64,000 nucleotides of DNA from an uncultured virus (IMG/VR IMGVR_UViG_3300010885_047022) (Duplodnaviria > Heunggongvirae > Uroviricota > Caudoviricetes): positions 1-64,000 of the IMG/VR virus record IMGVR_UViG_3300010885_047022; one strand, written 5' to 3'. Below the pieces are notes generated by a model. It did not search any database and was not told the DNA's origin. It saw only the letters and a list, made by a program, of their open reading frames with translations. A program made the translations under genes and the position numbers. Below, one piece after another: positions 8,645 to 15,909 of this stretch (positions are counted from its first letter, which is position 1; every line of letters begins with the position of its first letter).

Positions 8645-8932
8645 TCACCATTTAACCTTATTAGCCCAATACGCGGCTGACATTTTGCCTTTGGCAATAT
8701 TCTTGGCGTGTCGTGCTTGGAATGCTTCTCTGCGTGCCCTATAGGCTTTAGACTCACCTTCTTTTTTAGGCGAGCCTGAAACACCTTGTTGACCAAAGCG
8801 AATAGTTTTAACTTGATCACCAGACTTAGCCACAACTACATGCGACTTAGTGGGATGACTTGGTGTTTTCTTGGGCTTATTATAGCCAGAAACACCAGCT
8901 TTGGTTAGGCGTGAATCTTTTTTGGCAGGCAT
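8645..8932 (-). CDS. Small basic protein (DUF5754-like)
   Basis: KTIRFGQQG...RREAFQARH...SAAYWA; family recalled from memory. Confidence 0.7.
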   Translation of the reverse strand: MPAKKDSRLTKAGVSGYNKPKKTPSHPTKSHVVVAKSGDQVKTIRFGQQGVSGSPKKEGESKAYRARREAFQARHAKNIAKGKMSAAYWANKVKW

Positions 8933-9171
8933 TACTTCATCTTTTGCTTAGTGTTAGTTAGCCTTTTACCTAAAGACTGAGGTGTTTTTTTACCATTCAC
9001 ATTTTTTCCGGCATGGGGATTAGGCCACTTGGTTTCCATGTGGTCCTTTTCTTTACGGCCTTTAGTGGGAATGAATCTTTCACCATGATCATTCTTCATT
9101 GGAGGATGATCGCCAGTTTCACCTGGAACAGCGACGCGAAACATGTCTTTATGTTTTTTAATTTGAGCCAT
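8932..9171 (-). CDS. Small basic hypothetical protein
   Basis: ORF track; TAATG coupling; AGGA SD. Confidence 0.7.
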   Translation of the reverse strand: MAQIKKHKDMFRVAVPGETGDHPPMKNDHGERFIPTKGRKEKDHMETKWPNPHAGKNVNGKKTPQSLGKRLTNTKQKMK

Positions 9172-9198
9172 TGTTATTCCTAAGTAAATAAAATAAAG

Positions 9199-9330
9199 TT
9201 ATTTCTTTTTTTTCTTTTTCTTTGGAAAGCCAGTTTTCTTTGGCATGCCAGAGATAACGGGACCACCACTCTTTTGATTGTTGGTTCCCATTCTAGGTCC
9301 ACTAATATAAGTGAACTTTTTGATTGGCAT
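9199..9330 (-). CDS. Small basic protein, 43 aa
   Basis: Read manually: MPIKKFTYISGPRMGTNNQKSGGPVISGMPKKTGFPKKKKKKK. Confidence 0.7.
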   Translation of the reverse strand: MPIKKFTYISGPRMGTNNQKSGGPVISGMPKKTGFPKKKKKKK

Positions 9331-9332
9331 AA

Positions 9333-9488
9333 TTACTTTTTGCCGGTTTTCTTAACTGTTGAGGCCCAATTCTTAGCGCCACTAGCGGGAGCTACGCTGC
9401 CCTTAGGATTGATTTTGTCGCCAATATCGCCCATGGTACCGGGGAAAGGCTTACGGAATGGATCGTTCTTTTTGTTCATGCTAGCCAT
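9333..9488 (-). CDS. Small basic protein, 51 aa
   Basis: Read manually: MASMNKKNDPFRKPFPG...VKKTGKK; AAGGA SD. Confidence 0.7.
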   Translation of the reverse strand: MASMNKKNDPFRKPFPGTMGDIGDKINPKGSVAPASGAKNWASTVKKTGKK

Positions 9489-9501
9489 GATTTCCTTCTC
9501 T

Positions 9502-9675
9502 CTATTTTTTTCTTTTTATTTTTGATGCCGAAGAAATAGCTATTGCTATAGCTTGTTTCTGCGATTTAACAGCAGGACCACCTTTACCAGAGTGCAGTGT
9601 TCCTCGACCATACTCACCCATAACAGATTTAATCTTTTTTTGGTAAGCAGTTGGTTTTTTCTTTTTAGTAGCCAT
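9502..9675 (-). CDS. Small basic protein, 57 aa (DUF6496-like)
   Basis: Read manually: VMGEYGRGTLHSGKGGPAVKSQKQAIAIAIS; family recalled from memory. Confidence 0.75.
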   Translation of the reverse strand: MATKKKKPTAYQKKIKSVMGEYGRGTLHSGKGGPAVKSQKQAIAIAISSASKIKRKK

Positions 9676-9677
9676 AA

Positions 9678-9827
9678 TTACTTTTTATTCTTGAAAGCTT
9701 TCCACTGACTTGAATAATATCCACCTTTACGTGGAGTATCCATAACGTTCATTACTGAATCTTTCAATAACTTATAATAATTGTTGTCTGAAGAAGTTTT
9801 GCTTCCCCAACCCTTATCCTTAGCCAT
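9678..9827 (-). CDS. Small basic protein, 49 aa
   Basis: Read manually: MAKDKGWGSK...QWKAFKNKK; AAGGTAGG SD; first gene after an ATTACTATA motif. Confidence 0.7.
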   Translation of the reverse strand: MAKDKGWGSKTSSDNNYYKLLKDSVMNVMDTPRKGGYYSSQWKAFKNKK

Positions 9828-9858
9828 AATGACCTACCTTGTATAATAGTGTAATATA

Positions 9859-9867
9859 TATAGTAAT
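9859..9867 (-). promoter_or_regulatory. Putative phage late promoter ATTACTATA
   Basis: Same motif at 383-391, 5573-5581, 7282-7290 and 8167-8175; variant at 34229-34236; all intergenic. Confidence 0.6.
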
Positions 9868-9877
9868 CCTATATAGC

Positions 9878-9900
9878 AAAAAAGAGAGGCAACGCCTCTC
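9878..9900 (-). terminator. Rho-independent terminator
   Basis: GAGAGGC-GTT-GCCTCTC-TTTTTT. Confidence 0.85.
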
Positions 9901-9918
9901 AATTTTGTCTATAATATG

Positions 9919-10230
9919 TTATTTTTTATTTGGATTACTTTTTGGAGCAACCTTTTTTGTTGGCTTAGTGCCACCATGGTTCTTGGATACTTGTCCCTTT
10001 GGTCTACCAGGCTTTCTAGCCGGCGCTGCAGTATTTGCTTTGGGAGTGACATCCTTAGGGTTAGCGGGAGTAATCTTAATGTCTTTAGGAGTTGAATTAG
10101 CAGAAGTGGTTGGAGTCATCCAAATAATCGGCTTTTCTTCCTTAGGGGTACCCTTATCATCTAAGTCATGACCACCAATTTTGGCAGGTGACTTTTTATT
10201 AAATAATTTTTTCATTAATTTCTTTATCAT
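9919..10230 (-). CDS. Basic histone-H1-like protein with AT-hook-like motif
   Basis: Lys/Pro/Thr-rich; RKPGRPK. Confidence 0.65.
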   Translation of the reverse strand: MIKKLMKKLFNKKSPAKIGGHDLDDKGTPKEEKPIIWMTPTTSANSTPKDIKITPANPKDVTPKANTAAPARKPGRPKGQVSKNHGGTKPTKKVAPKSNPNKK

Positions 10231-10270
10231 TTTTTATCCTTTTCAATATTTGTTAGCTAACTATTGTTTA

Positions 10271-10591
10271 TTATTTTCCTTGTTGTGATTCTTTAATTAA
10301 CTGATATCTTTCGCCTGTTTCTTTTGAAACAATTGAAAAGCCATATGAAGCTGCAGCTTCGATAATTTCAGTTAATTTATCTTTATCTTCCAAGGAAACT
10401 TCATTCAATGGCAAAGTAATACCTGCATACACGTCGATATTCTCAAAATTGCCAATGTTAATCTTTCTATTTACTCCACATATAAATACTGGATTAGTTG
10501 AAATAGATATTTCTGAACTCAAAATATTCACCACCTGGTCTATGGGAGAGTCTAATGACTGCTCCATTGCTGTTTTTGATATCTTAGGCAT
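10271..10591 (-). CDS. Hypothetical protein
   Basis: ORF track; overlaps kinase stop. Confidence 0.7.
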   Translation of the reverse strand: MPKISKTAMEQSLDSPIDQVVNILSSEISISTNPVFICGVNRKINIGNFENIDVYAGITLPLNEVSLEDKDKLTEIIEAAASYGFSIVSKETGERYQLIKESQQGK

Positions 10592-11375
10592 ACACGTCCG
10601 TAAAGGTTTGAACTAAATTTGTAGTAGCTAATGCTTGTTCCGCTATGTTTAAGTTGTCGGTATTAATTATAGCAGAGGCTTTTTCTTTTATCAAATCAAT
10701 TTCTTGTTCTGATCTATGGTTCATTTGCTCAGGTGTCATTTCGTGCCCATCTCGACGCATCATTCTTTCATTTCTAATCTCATCAGATGCTTCATAGCAA
10801 ATAATTAATCCATTGGGTTGATCAAGTATTTTCTTAGCTTCATTCTCAAATCTAACATCAGAAATGATAATAGCCATCGGCATATCTTGATCCTCAAACT
10901 CTGGAGTTCTCATATGGGATCTAAATAATTTATTGGCTTTTAATATTCCCCACTTAGCAAAGCACTCTTCATCGTATGCTCTGCACAAATCTCCAGCCTT
11001 TTGAAGGAAAGATCTTGGCTTATAGCCCTCAGGCTCTATGGGTAGATTGTAGATATCTTTTACTAATTGGCAAAACATATCATAATCAGGGATGGTGCCC
11101 AGGGCATTTGAGCCAAAGATATCATACACCACTTGGTGAATAGAAAATAGTTGACGGTCCTTCTGTCTAGAGCCAAGTGAGTTTTTTTTCACAGACGCTA
11201 GTTCATATAAAGGTAGGCTAAAAAATAAGTGATCCCATTTGACATGATTCGAAACAGGACTCACTTCTGCCTTAGGCACTATCTTTTCTGCAACAGATGT
11301 TTTGCCAGTCGCTGCCTTACCTGCTAGGCCAATAACTATCGGATAATCTTTATAAAATTTTTTATCTTTAATCAT
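10584..11375 (-). CDS. Deoxynucleoside monophosphate kinase (T4 gp1-like)
   Basis: IGLAGKAATGKTS P-loop, PRSFLQ-G, ISDVRFENE, HRSE; probable leaderless start at 11375. Confidence 0.85.
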   Translation of the reverse strand: MIKDKKFYKDYPIVIGLAGKAATGKTSVAEKIVPKAEVSPVSNHVKWDHLFFSLPLYELASVKKNSLGSRQKDRQLFSIHQVVYDIFGSNALGTIPDYDMFCQLVKDIYNLPIEPEGYKPRSFLQKAGDLCRAYDEECFAKWGILKANKLFRSHMRTPEFEDQDMPMAIIISDVRFENEAKKILDQPNGLIICYEASDEIRNERMMRRDGHEMTPEQMNHRSEQEIDLIKEKASAIINTDNLNIAEQALATTNLVQTFTDVYA

Positions 11376-11391
11376 ATCCATATTATACCAT

Positions 11392-11826
11392 TCATATCCT
11401 ATTCATTTTCTCTTTTCTTACTTCTAATTCATCTAAAAATTTATTTGCCAAGGCGTCTGGTTCCCAAACAAATGTTCTTTTAACTTGAATGACCCGAAAA
11501 TTAAATTCATCTCTGATTTCTTCAATAGTCATTAGCAATGGCATTAGAGCTGCGCTCTTGCACTTCCATTTACCATTGACCTGGTTAGCTACAACAGCCG
11601 AGTCTGTGTATAAAATTGGGTCTATAAGATCAGCCATAGAGCATATTAAGAGGCCAGCTATCACGGCCTCATATTCTGCCTCATTGTTAGTTCTAGGACC
11701 TAATCCTCTAGCAAACTGTGCTATCTTTTTTCTATTGCGATAAACAACAACAGAGCATGCAGCTTCTCCGATCTTTTTTTGACCTTGTCCCCTAGATGCT
11801 CCGTCGCAAAATACTTCTATGTTCAT
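11392..11826 (-). CDS. rnhA: Ribonuclease HI
   Basis: FCDGASRG, TNNEAEY, YTDS-V-NQV-G-WK, DALAN. Confidence 0.85.
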   Translation of the reverse strand: MNIEVFCDGASRGQGQKKIGEAACSVVVYRNRKKIAQFARGLGPRTNNEAEYEAVIAGLLICSMADLIDPILYTDSAVVANQVNGKWKCKSAALMPLLMTIEEIRDEFNFRVIQVKRTFVWEPDALANKFLDELEVRKEKMNRI

Positions 11827-11863
11827 AAATAAAAAGCCAATCTTAAAAATTTAAACACTGCCT

Positions 11864-12070
11864 TCAGTCAACCTTTACATCATAATCTATACTAAAGCGT
11901 TTAGCTACATCTATTAGATTCTTTTTAAGGCTTGATGATATTTGAATTGTTTTTGTCAATAGATATTTATTACTTTTATATTCGACTTGTGTTGGAAAAT
12001 TAAGATCTTCTTTTTCTGTAGAATAAAATTCTTCAGATGTATTAACACTTTTGTAATGACCAATAAACAT
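11864..12070 (-). CDS. Hypothetical protein
   Basis: ORF track; AAGGA SD. Confidence 0.65.
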   Translation of the reverse strand: MFIGHYKSVNTSEEFYSTEKEDLNFPTQVEYKSNKYLLTKTIQISSSLKKNLIDVAKRFSIDYDVKVD

Positions 12071-12082
12071 ATTCTTTATCCT

Positions 12083-12598
12083 TTAGTAGGTACTAAAATC
12101 CGATTCCAGGTAGGAACCTTTTTCTTCTCTAAACGCAGCTACTTGCATGGACTGCATTTTGTCCATCAGCTTTCTAGCTGATTCTGATGCTATTCTAGCT
12201 GACGTTTCCATCGATTCAGCTAGGCTCATAATTGCCTCACAGGTAATCATTTCGGTATGTTGTGATTCAGCTGCTGCCATGGCTGAAGCTTCTCTTTCAG
12301 CTTCATTTTTTCCGGCTCTATTTGATTTATAAACTCTCTTATAATTACCTTCTATAATCTTATATTGTGCTCTAGACATTCCGGCAAAGCGCGCTGCTCT
12401 ACCATAAACATTAGATGTGCGGGCAACAAGTGACGCAATCGTATCTATTCCTAGATCTATAATATCAACCTCTGGAATTTCTACAAAATATTTACTATTT
12501 TTTTCTACGTCAGCATATGCTTCGATAACCTCTTTTAATTGAGGTCCAAGAAAATTCTGCAATAGTTCTTGCAATTTTTCCATTGATTGTAAGTTCAT
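12083..12598 (-). CDS. Helical coiled-coil protein (possibly UvsY-like)
   Basis: Ala/Glu-rich helices; TAATG-coupled to the sigma factor; function is a guess. Confidence 0.55.
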   Translation of the reverse strand: MNLQSMEKLQELLQNFLGPQLKEVIEAYADVEKNSKYFVEIPEVDIIDLGIDTIASLVARTSNVYGRAARFAGMSRAQYKIIEGNYKRVYKSNRAGKNEAEREASAMAAAESQHTEMITCEAIMSLAESMETSARIASESARKLMDKMQSMQVAAFREEKGSYLESDFSTY

Positions 12599-13458
12599 TA
12601 ATTTTTCTCCATATTAATTAGCATTGCGTATTCATTGAGATCATTTTCTAAGATTAAATCTTTTACTTTATTTTTAATTTTAGATAAGTGCTCTCTAACT
12701 GTATTCGGATGTTCATTAACTTTCTGAGATATTTCGCTGGACCTTTGCCCATCTACGTACCTCCATTTTAGAAGCTGTCTTTCTTGCACTGTTAGTCTAT
12801 CAAATGGTGGAATGTTTTTCTCGCCCAAAACCCAAAATTCATCAATTTTATCTGCAGCTAATAATTGTTCCATACTATACTCTACCGGATCTGCCTTAAA
12901 ACCAATGACATAATTTTCATCACCTTCATCATTGGTGGCATCGTCGTCCAGCAATGGGAAAGTTTTTCTGCCTAATTGATCAATGAGGAATGTATCTACA
13001 TTCTTTTTTAAAAGATAAAAGAAATAACTATATAAAAAACCGCTAAAAGGAATTGGACCCTTAGCTGAATCCTTCCTTTCGTATCTGCCTATGCATTGGA
13101 AGAAAGTCATGTATACAGTCTGCCTAATGTCTTCTTCATCCCCATATCTTTTCGCCATATAATGAATACCTCTCATGCATTCATTTATTACTCGCATATT
13201 GGATCCACTCATTTTATTTTTCATCAGAGCAAAGCGTGTTCCTGAATCCTTGATGAACAAAGAAATAAACCTTCGTATGTCATAGTCGTTCAAATTGAAC
13301 TTTCCATAATATAATAGTGAAATATATTTAGTTAAAAAATTACTGAATACCTTTAATAATTCTTCTTGTGCTTTTGCTGAACCCTTTTTGGCCTTAGCGA
13401 TTAGGTCTTGCATTTCATTCTCTTCTAAAGAGTAATATTGCTCCTTGTAAGCTGTCAT
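12598..13458 (-). CDS. Phage RNA polymerase sigma factor (sigma-70 family)
   Basis: LIAKAKKG-AQEELL, EDIRQ...F...Y...FSGFLY (region 2), LTVQERQLL...SEIS...NTVR (region 4 HTH). Confidence 0.8.
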   Translation of the reverse strand: MTAYKEQYYSLEENEMQDLIAKAKKGSAKAQEELLKVFSNFLTKYISLLYYGKFNLNDYDIRRFISLFIKDSGTRFALMKNKMSGSNMRVINECMRGIHYMAKRYGDEEDIRQTVYMTFFQCIGRYERKDSAKGPIPFSGFLYSYFFYLLKKNVDTFLIDQLGRKTFPLLDDDATNDEGDENYVIGFKADPVEYSMEQLLAADKIDEFWVLGEKNIPPFDRLTVQERQLLKWRYVDGQRSSEISQKVNEHPNTVREHLSKIKNKVKDLILENDLNEYAMLINMEKN

Positions 13459-14021
13459 TTTTTACCTTCCCAGTTAACTATGTACTGACTATAAAAAACC
13501 TTTATGTCTTCGTAGAAGACAATTTGAGGAACTTCTATCTCAGCCATAAAATTCTTTGCGTCGTTTGAGTACTTACTTATGACGCATGTCATTTTTTCGA
13601 ATTCATCAGGATAATACCTTTTAAATCTTTTTAATTTAATTTTACTTTTATCATCTAGATAGCCCTTAATCTCTACCCATTCACCATTTCGTTCTAGAAA
13701 AAAGTCAGGAGTATAACCCTTTGTTCCTCTTTTTATTGGGAAAGAAAAAACAGTAGGTTCAAATTTAAATTCTATTTTATAAATATTTAGGATTCTAACA
13801 AAGTTAGCTTCCCAGCTGGATCTAACATTGAGTTCTATATCTTTCCTGAATCCAGTTTTAGTGTATTGGTACGCATTGCCCTTTTTCCTTGCAAAGACCC
13901 CATCATCCTCTAGGATTACTTTATCGATCTGCTTGTTTCTGATGTTATTCAAATTAGGTTGTTTTTTAAAAGAAGATTTTTCCAAAAAAAAGTCTTCTGC
14001 CTTGACAACATGTAGTTCCAT
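13455..14021 (-). CDS. PD-(D/E)XK endonuclease (T7 endonuclease I / DUF790-like)
   Basis: RSSWEAN, FEP, YTPDF, VEIKG; AAGGA SD gives start 14021. Confidence 0.8.
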   Translation of the reverse strand: MELHVVKAEDFFLEKSSFKKQPNLNNIRNKQIDKVILEDDGVFARKKGNAYQYTKTGFRKDIELNVRSSWEANFVRILNIYKIEFKFEPTVFSFPIKRGTKGYTPDFFLERNGEWVEIKGYLDDKSKIKLKRFKRYYPDEFEKMTCVISKYSNDAKNFMAEIEVPQIVFYEDIKVFYSQYIVNWEGKK

Positions 14022-14089
14022 TGTGATATCCTTAATGCCTGTAAGCGTGTATATATTATACACTAAAAAATAAAAATATGCAAAACAAC

Positions 14090-14118
14090 TTGCATTACCA
14101 CTAAGAAGGAAGTATACT
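14090..14118 (+). promoter_or_regulatory. Sigma70-type promoter TTGCAT-N17-TATACT with A-rich UP element
   Basis: -35 at 14090-14095, 17-nt spacer, -10 at 14113-14118, ATG 7 nt later. Confidence 0.75.
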
Positions 14119-14125
14119 AATCACC

Positions 14126-14290
14126 ATGAACACATTAACACACATCATCAACACAGCAATTGAAACCATTGACAACGAAATTATCGAGGACTTGGTTGTA
14201 GACCTTGGTTATGACTACGGCGATGCCGTCAAGGTAGTCACAGAGTTCAATGATTTCGATTTTGCTATCGATTCAGATTCAACTTTCTGA
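14126..14290 (+). CDS. Small highly acidic protein, 54 aa, leaderless
   Basis: Read manually: MNTLTHIINTAIETIDNEIIEDLVVDLGYDYGDAVKVVTEFNDFDFAIDSDSTF; own promoter and terminator. Confidence 0.75.
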   Translation: MNTLTHIINTAIETIDNEIIEDLVVDLGYDYGDAVKVVTEFNDFDFAIDSDSTF

Positions 14291-14320
14291 TTCTTTTTTT
14301 TAAAAACTACGTATAGAATT

Positions 14321-14350
14321 GGGGCTGGGAAACCAGCCCCTTTTCTATTT
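14321..14350 (+). terminator. Rho-independent terminator between convergent genes
   Basis: GGGGCTGG-GAAA-CCAGCCCC-TTTTCTATTT. Confidence 0.85.
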
Positions 14351-15148
14351 TCCATAACTATTCTTTTTATTTCTAAAAACACCTGTTGGACACGCACCTG
14401 ATTTAGCGTGATCGCAATAAGAGCATACTCTGGTATTAGCGGTGGGTGTAAAATTCTGATCAACCATTATTTTTTGAATAGTATCAATCAGTTTATTCTT
14501 AACTTCTTCAATATCTTCTTCGGTAAAAAGATGACCTTTTCTTTTTCCAGATCTTAAATAATACAACTCCGCATAGATTTCTTTTTCTGGAAATATATTA
14601 TGAAGTGCAAGAGCGTATATACCGAGCTGTAGATTAGAGTGCACGTGTTTCTGTGCAACTTCCCATTTACCCGTTTTATAGTCTGTTATGTTAACTCTAT
14701 CTCCAATAATGTCAACTCTATCTATAAAGCCAATTATCTTGTATGACCCTATAATAAAAGAAAAAGACATTTCCTTATCGTATATGGAGAATTCTTTATC
14801 TACATTTTGATCATAAAATTCATTCAATATAATTGATCCAACGGAAATAAGATCTGGAGTTATTTCTTGATTTGGATCCCAAATAGGAATATTATTTTTG
14901 TATTCTTCCTGAAGTTCATTTAAGTCTAAGACTTTATTATTCTCTAAAGTATTTTCAAGAACAGCGTGGACGATATTTCCTAGAGCAGCTGGCGCATTGA
15001 ACTGTCTTGGTTCTTTCTTAATATAAGAGTAGAAGTATCTTGCCGGACATTGATCGTATGTATCTATTCTAGAGTATGAAAAATCTACTAAACTTAATTT
15101 TTCTAAATCACTTAAGCTATCATAATTTTTAATTAATATAGAACTCAA
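14345..15148 (-). CDS. RecB/Cas4-like PD-(D/E)XK exonuclease with 4-Cys Fe-S staple
   Basis: SYSRI...CPARY, GNIVH, GFIDRVD, DYKTG, QLGIY, CSYC...C. Confidence 0.9.
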   Translation of the reverse strand: MSSILIKNYDSLSDLEKLSLVDFSYSRIDTYDQCPARYFYSYIKKEPRQFNAPAALGNIVHAVLENTLENNKVLDLNELQEEYKNNIPIWDPNQEITPDLISVGSIILNEFYDQNVDKEFSIYDKEMSFSFIIGSYKIIGFIDRVDIIGDRVNITDYKTGKWEVAQKHVHSNLQLGIYALALHNIFPEKEIYAELYYLRSGKRKGHLFTEEDIEEVKNKLIDTIQKIMVDQNFTPTANTRVCSYCDHAKSGACPTGVFRNKKNSYGK

Positions 15149-15156
15149 AAATATTC

Positions 15157-15324
15157 CTACTGTTCTTCGTTGGGATCGTATATTAATCGACCATTTTCAT
15201 CGAATTCTCTTCCGATTTCATCTATAGTGTGATTATTAAGTTTATTTATATAAGCGCCCTGGCCGATTGCTACCCAACCAGTTTCACCTATTTCCATATG
15301 ATCGTCTTCTTCATAGGGCCACAT
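15157..15324 (-). CDS. Small acidic hypothetical protein, 55 aa
   Basis: Read manually: MWPYEEDDHMEIGETGW...DPNEEQ; AGGAGG SD. Confidence 0.7.
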   Translation of the reverse strand: MWPYEEDDHMEIGETGWVAIGQGAYINKLNNHTIDEIGREFDENGRLIYDPNEEQ

Positions 15325-15541
15325 CTTCGCCTCCTATAGATACTTTAACTTCAGTAATATCATCTGCATTCAGATAATAACTCACAACTGTGTATAGGTC
15401 TTTTAGTTCTTTTTGCGTTAGATAGAATCCAACACAGGTGCACTGTAAGAATAATTTGTCATCATAATTGTAAGTTGAATCAGTGTATTCTGTTAATTTA
15501 ATATTACCTTTTTCAACAACTGCTGGAAAGCTTTGGCTCAT
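15311..15541 (-). CDS. Hypothetical protein
   Basis: ORF track; start moved to MSQSF (GAGGA SD). Confidence 0.65.
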   Translation of the reverse strand: MSQSFPAVVEKGNIKLTEYTDSTYNYDDKLFLQCTCVGFYLTQKELKDLYTVVSYYLNADDITEVKVSIGGEDVAL

Positions 15542-15543
15542 TT

Positions 15544-15909
15544 TTAATCCTCGTAATAAGTTATGGGATCCCAATTAGGATCATTTAATTTTTCTCTCAT
15601 ATCTTTAACATATGAGTCCCAATCGCGTTCATCATCTGATTTCTTTTCATACTTGACTTGACTCTTAAATGGATTGGATTTAAACTTAGTCATAATAAGT
15701 TTACCCTGCTGGGTTTTCCATCTCAGAGTTCCATTCTTGCAATCGCAGAAATCTTCACTGTCTGCTTTAATAATAAGTTCTGGATCGTATCGACCTGAGC
15801 ACCCGTTACATTTTGTATATCTTCCTTTATCCTGACACCTATTGCATGATGGGCAAAACACCCAGCACCATCTATCTGTAGGATTAACTGAAGGTCTATC
15901 TGCTGACAT
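15544..15909 (-). CDS. Cys-rich zinc-binding protein
   Basis: CWVFCPSCNRC...CNGC...CDC. Confidence 0.65.
   Translation of the reverse strand: MSADRPSVNPTDRWCWVFCPSCNRCQDKGRYTKCNGCSGRYDPELIIKADSEDFCDCKNGTLRWKTQQGKLIMTKFKSNPFKSQVKYEKKSDDERDWDSYVKDMREKLNDPNWDPITYYED

Noticed and set aside
14215..14463. 82-aa minus-strand ORF
   Set aside because: It overlaps the RecB-like gene, the terminator and the better-supported plus-strand acidic gene
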